DNA from: a virus
IMG/VR virus record: IMGVR_UViG_3300013426_000010
Coordinates: 1 to 43,570 of that record
Direction: 5' to 3' (one strand)
Length of the DNA stretch: 43,570 nucleotides
Position numbers and translations under genes: made by a program. The notes under the pieces are model-generated. The model ran no database searches, was not told the origin of the DNA, and saw nothing but the letters and a program-made list of their open reading frames with translations. This document shows, in pieces, positions 41,701 to 43,570 of the stretch; positions within the stretch are counted from its first letter, which is position 1, and every line of letters begins with the position of its first letter.

Positions 41701-43570
41701 CCCTTTGATTGATGGATATACCGATTACTCCAGTGGCACGGCTCAGACCGTGAAGACTGGTGCGTTTCTCTATGCCCTTCAAGGTAGTCGAGACGCACAT
41801 CGCCGTTGGTGGCTTTACAACCGCTTCAAGTATATGGATTCCAAGTTCCAAGCTGGTTCTTCTTTGTCTGATTACATAACGTTTCGTACCTATACCCCTG
41901 CGGAATGGTCGGGGGTTGAGCCAAAGGCAGACATTACAATCGGTTCCCTTGCCGCCATGTATGGTACAATCAAATGGGGAAGTATCACCAAGAGCGAAAG
42001 AATGAGCGAGGGAGAGGTTAAGACCATCACTGCGCCTACGGACACGAAGTTTAACGACACCGAGACCATCATCTACAATGCTTCAATGATTAAGAGCATT
42101 GGCGATTTGTCGGCTCTGTATGTGGGTACCGTGGACGTGTCAAAGGCTACGAACATAACTGAGTTAATCATCGGTTCATCGGTCAGCGGCTACAAGAACC
42201 AGAATTTTAGCGTTCTTTCCCTTGGTAACAATGCCAAGTTGTGCAAGCTGGATATTCAGAATTGCCCGAACTATACCGCTAGTATTGATGTGAGCGGTTG
42301 CGAGAACATCGAGGAGGTTTATGCGAGGGGTACTGGTGCAACCGCCGTTAACCTTGCAGAGGGTGGCGTGTTGCGTGTCTTGCAACTTCCTGCGAGCATC
42401 ACGAACCTTACATTGAAGAACCAGCCGAAACTCGGAACTGGCTTAACTTTGGAATCATGGGCGAACGTGGTTGCGTTGGTTATTGAGAATTGCCCAAACA
42501 TCAATGCTTTTGCAAGGGTTAAAACTATTCTTGCAGATACGAATGCGCTTCAACGTGTCCGAATCACCAACGTAAAGGCGAATGAAAGCAACTTTGCAAT
42601 ATTGGAGCAACTTAAGAATCTTAAGGGAATCGGCGACAATGGCGAGTATACCGACTTTGCCTATATTAGTGGTACATATAACATTGCGGAGGCTGGAGAG
42701 AGCGACATCGAGGAATATACAAAGCTATTCCCTTACCTTAAGATAGTGGCAGGAAAAGTCTTGAAGATGCACACGGTTACTTTCGTTGTTAAGTCTCAGT
42801 ATGGCAATATCAAGGGTGCTACCGTAACTATCAACGGTTCAACATATAGCCTATCAAGTGGTACGGCTAGCGTTAAGTTGTTGGAAGGCAAAAGCTACAG
42901 TTATACTATTAATTACGATGGCAAGACTGATAGCGGAAGCGTCTCAGTTGGTTCTTCTGATGTAACTATCAATAAGACATACACGGTATCTTTCGATGCC
43001 ATGAGCATGAAGCCAGAGCCGAATGGAAAGATTCAATTCCTGCTTGGTGGTAAGAATGTTAGTTTCGGCATCACTGGAGGATACACCGATTTGAGTATTG
43101 ACTGGGGGGATGATTCGGCATCCATTGATGGTGATGAATTTAGCCACACTTATGCGGACGGAGAGCAATTTCATAATGTTTCCGTGCAAGTCACTGGAGG
43201 AACAAAAATATATTTTGACAATCAATGTATCTATGCGTTTTGGAGTATTGGAAATAATGAGAATATAGTTCCAGATTTTGAAACTCAAGGCAAATTACAA
43301 TACGTTGGTCTTGATGCGTTGAAGAATTTTACTGGCACTTCATTAAAAAATGAATTCTACAATTGCTCTAGCTTGAAGGAGATACCAGCTGGCTTGTTCG
43401 ACAACTGCACTAAGGTAACTAGTTTATATTGTTGCTTCTATGGATGCTCTAGCTTGAAGGAGATACCAGCTGGCTTGTTCGACAACTGCACTAAGGTAAC
43501 TAGTTTATATTGTTGCTTCTATGGATGCTCTAGCTTGAAGGAGATACCAGCTGGCTTGTTCGACAACTGC
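38714..43570 (+). CDS. Giant receptor-binding/tail-fibre protein, 3'-partial in the window (continues at 1..618; about 1755 aa if the 207-nt overlap is collapsed): LamG-like, CotH-like, LRR, Ig/PKD-like and BspA-LRR segments
   Basis: I translated from ATG 38714 by eye and met no stop up to 43570 (4857 nt, exactly 1619 codons). The ORF is absent from the supplied track, apparently because it has no in-window stop. Motifs are listed in the findings. Confidence 0.85.
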   Translation, partial: MTKVYDGKIDLSTDWGGDSSTGNLPVAGGRVQELIKSTFAKKGGYVQVKDKKFLQIFADEASAKKYNSDSDKYADLLISQVQLPNTGATQATMKVSVLSIPSEYSTKGRSEVFSFRYNSYYENEEDFSQVSGSCVVYVNNVQRERISLRAGNTYTIDVSKYLTDGTNEVKFTIDNAEQSKRNYVYEVQMVNLKVVSDFDYIAAYNGDIPFTYTPIGNILKTVHIVMDGEEIHSEETEVNNRQLSFEIPAQSHGAHTLEVYLTATIQDIALESERLKYSVICIEEGNETPIIASNMERVEMNQYESVNIPFVVYAPLNNPAEITLRINKSVVATRQVDRTQQTWIYKALEVGGGMMEIKCRDVSKSLPLTVNESIITSKAETQNLELFLTSQGRSNQDANKETWENNGIKVAFEGMNYTTNGWVVDSDGNTAMRLSGGATMEIPLLLFSKDIRQTGKTIELEFAVRQVTDYTSVVLSCLQGGIGLELTPNTIMLTSEQSSMETKYKEDERVRVSFVIEKRANNRLMQIYINGIKSQSVQYPDNDGFMQASPVGITANSDAATLDIYNIRVYSNNLKSQQLLDNYIADLDDIEKKMAIFKRNQVYDTYGNLSYNALLEQIPCLTITGELSQYKGDKKTVSIEYVDKNHPDKSFTADGVVLNVQGTSSQYYPRKNYKGQFKKGFDMTESGQHEDAFTLDEDAVLPAVNFCWKADFAESSGTHNTGLANYIGWMLKQAGILTEPQKKNALIRTTVYGEPCLIFHRASAGETPQFIGKYNFNTDKSAENTFGFADGDESWEFSNNTSDRSLFRSADFDGDAWKNDFEGRYPDGNEDISHMKEVFAWVVSCKDDLEKFKNEFDEHFDKKTLIFYYLITLVFGMVDQRAKNQFLTYYSGGKWLFIFYDNDTVFGINNEGAIEFSYNIEIHDVIGNLNAYNGANSLLWELVEQAFAGDIKSLYQDLRQKGILSYDNVIKYCNTRQSDKWCEAVYNEDGYYKYESPLIDGYTDYSSGTAQTVKTGAFLYALQGSRDAHRRWWLYNRFKYMDSKFQAGSSLSDYITFRTYTPAEWSGVEPKADITIGSLAAMYGTIKWGSITKSERMSEGEVKTITAPTDTKFNDTETIIYNASMIKSIGDLSALYVGTVDVSKATNITELIIGSSVSGYKNQNFSVLSLGNNAKLCKLDIQNCPNYTASIDVSGCENIEEVYARGTGATAVNLAEGGVLRVLQLPASITNLTLKNQPKLGTGLTLESWANVVALVIENCPNINAFARVKTILADTNALQRVRITNVKANESNFAILEQLKNLKGIGDNGEYTDFAYISGTYNIAEAGESDIEEYTKLFPYLKIVAGKVLKMHTVTFVVKSQYGNIKGATVTINGSTYSLSSGTASVKLLEGKSYSYTINYDGKTDSGSVSVGSSDVTINKTYTVSFDAMSMKPEPNGKIQFLLGGKNVSFGITGGYTDLSIDWGDDSASIDGDEFSHTYADGEQFHNVSVQVTGGTKIYFDNQCIYAFWSIGNNENIVPDFETQGKLQYVGLDALKNFTGTSLKNEFYNCSSLKEIPAGLFDNCTKVTSLYCCFYGCSSLKEIPAGLFDNCTKVTSLYCCFYGCSSLKEIPAGLFDNC
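43364..43570 (+). repeat. Perfect 81-bp tandem repeat (43364-43444, 43445-43525, 43526-43570), identical to 1..207
   Basis: Direct comparison of both window ends. Confidence 0.95.

Noticed and set aside
38714-43570. Diversity-generating retroelement targeting the RBP
   Set aside because: The window has no reverse transcriptase gene, and I found no second near-identical template copy of any RBP segment with adenine-specific differences.

Overview
The window reads as one complete, circularly closed genome of a temperate tailed phage, not a chromosomal segment. It is about 43.4 kb once a 207-nt terminal overlap is removed: nt 1-207 are identical to nt 43364-43570. A Bacteroidales-type host is inferred from repeated TAnnTTTG -7 promoter boxes, a Bacteroidetes-style tyrosine integrase and BspA-type leucine-rich repeats. 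Module map, + strand unless noted: 1-618 is the 3' end of a giant receptor-binding protein (RBP) gene that starts at 38714 and crosses the circular junction. 630-3228 holds small genes, including a DnaA-C-like HTH protein and a self-contained promoter-gene-terminator cassette (1263-2240). 3247-4875 is the lysis cassette (holin, GH19 endolysin, lipoprotein with C-terminal TM resembling a unimolecular spanin). 5051-7110 is a small-gene cargo island with its own promoter and terminator. 7210-8382 (-) is the integrase. 8588-10795 (-) is a tightly packed lysogeny operon: XRE-type repressor, four membrane or secreted proteins, a 71-aa protein and a second HTH protein. 10796-10965 is the divergent switch region. 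10966-19981 holds early genes: Cro-like, Xis-like HTH, tRNA-like RNA element, single-strand annealing protein (SSAP), YqaJ exonuclease, replisome-organiser-like protein, many small ORFs and a RuvC-like resolvase. 20100-21843 is a ParB-like protein overlapping a GT-A-like DxD protein. 22367-24221 encodes the small and large terminase subunits. 24237-32613 holds tail-type genes ending with a 1045-aa tape measure protein. 32811-38699 holds the ClpP-type prohead protease, capsid, portal candidate and connector. 38714-43570 is the RBP. I recognise no rRNA, canonical tRNA, CRISPR array, IS or transposase, reverse transcriptase, DNA methyltransferase, DNA polymerase, helicase or primase. All functional calls rest on motif recognition by eye and on synteny; no searches were run. 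The items most worth follow-up are: the roughly 1755-aa RBP (missing from the ORF track) with LamG-like, CotH-like and BspA-LRR segments and perfect 81-bp repeats; the ParB-like/GT-A-like pair; the repressor-linked membrane-protein operon; the autonomous cassette at 1263-2240; and the structured tRNA-like element at 12201-12402.
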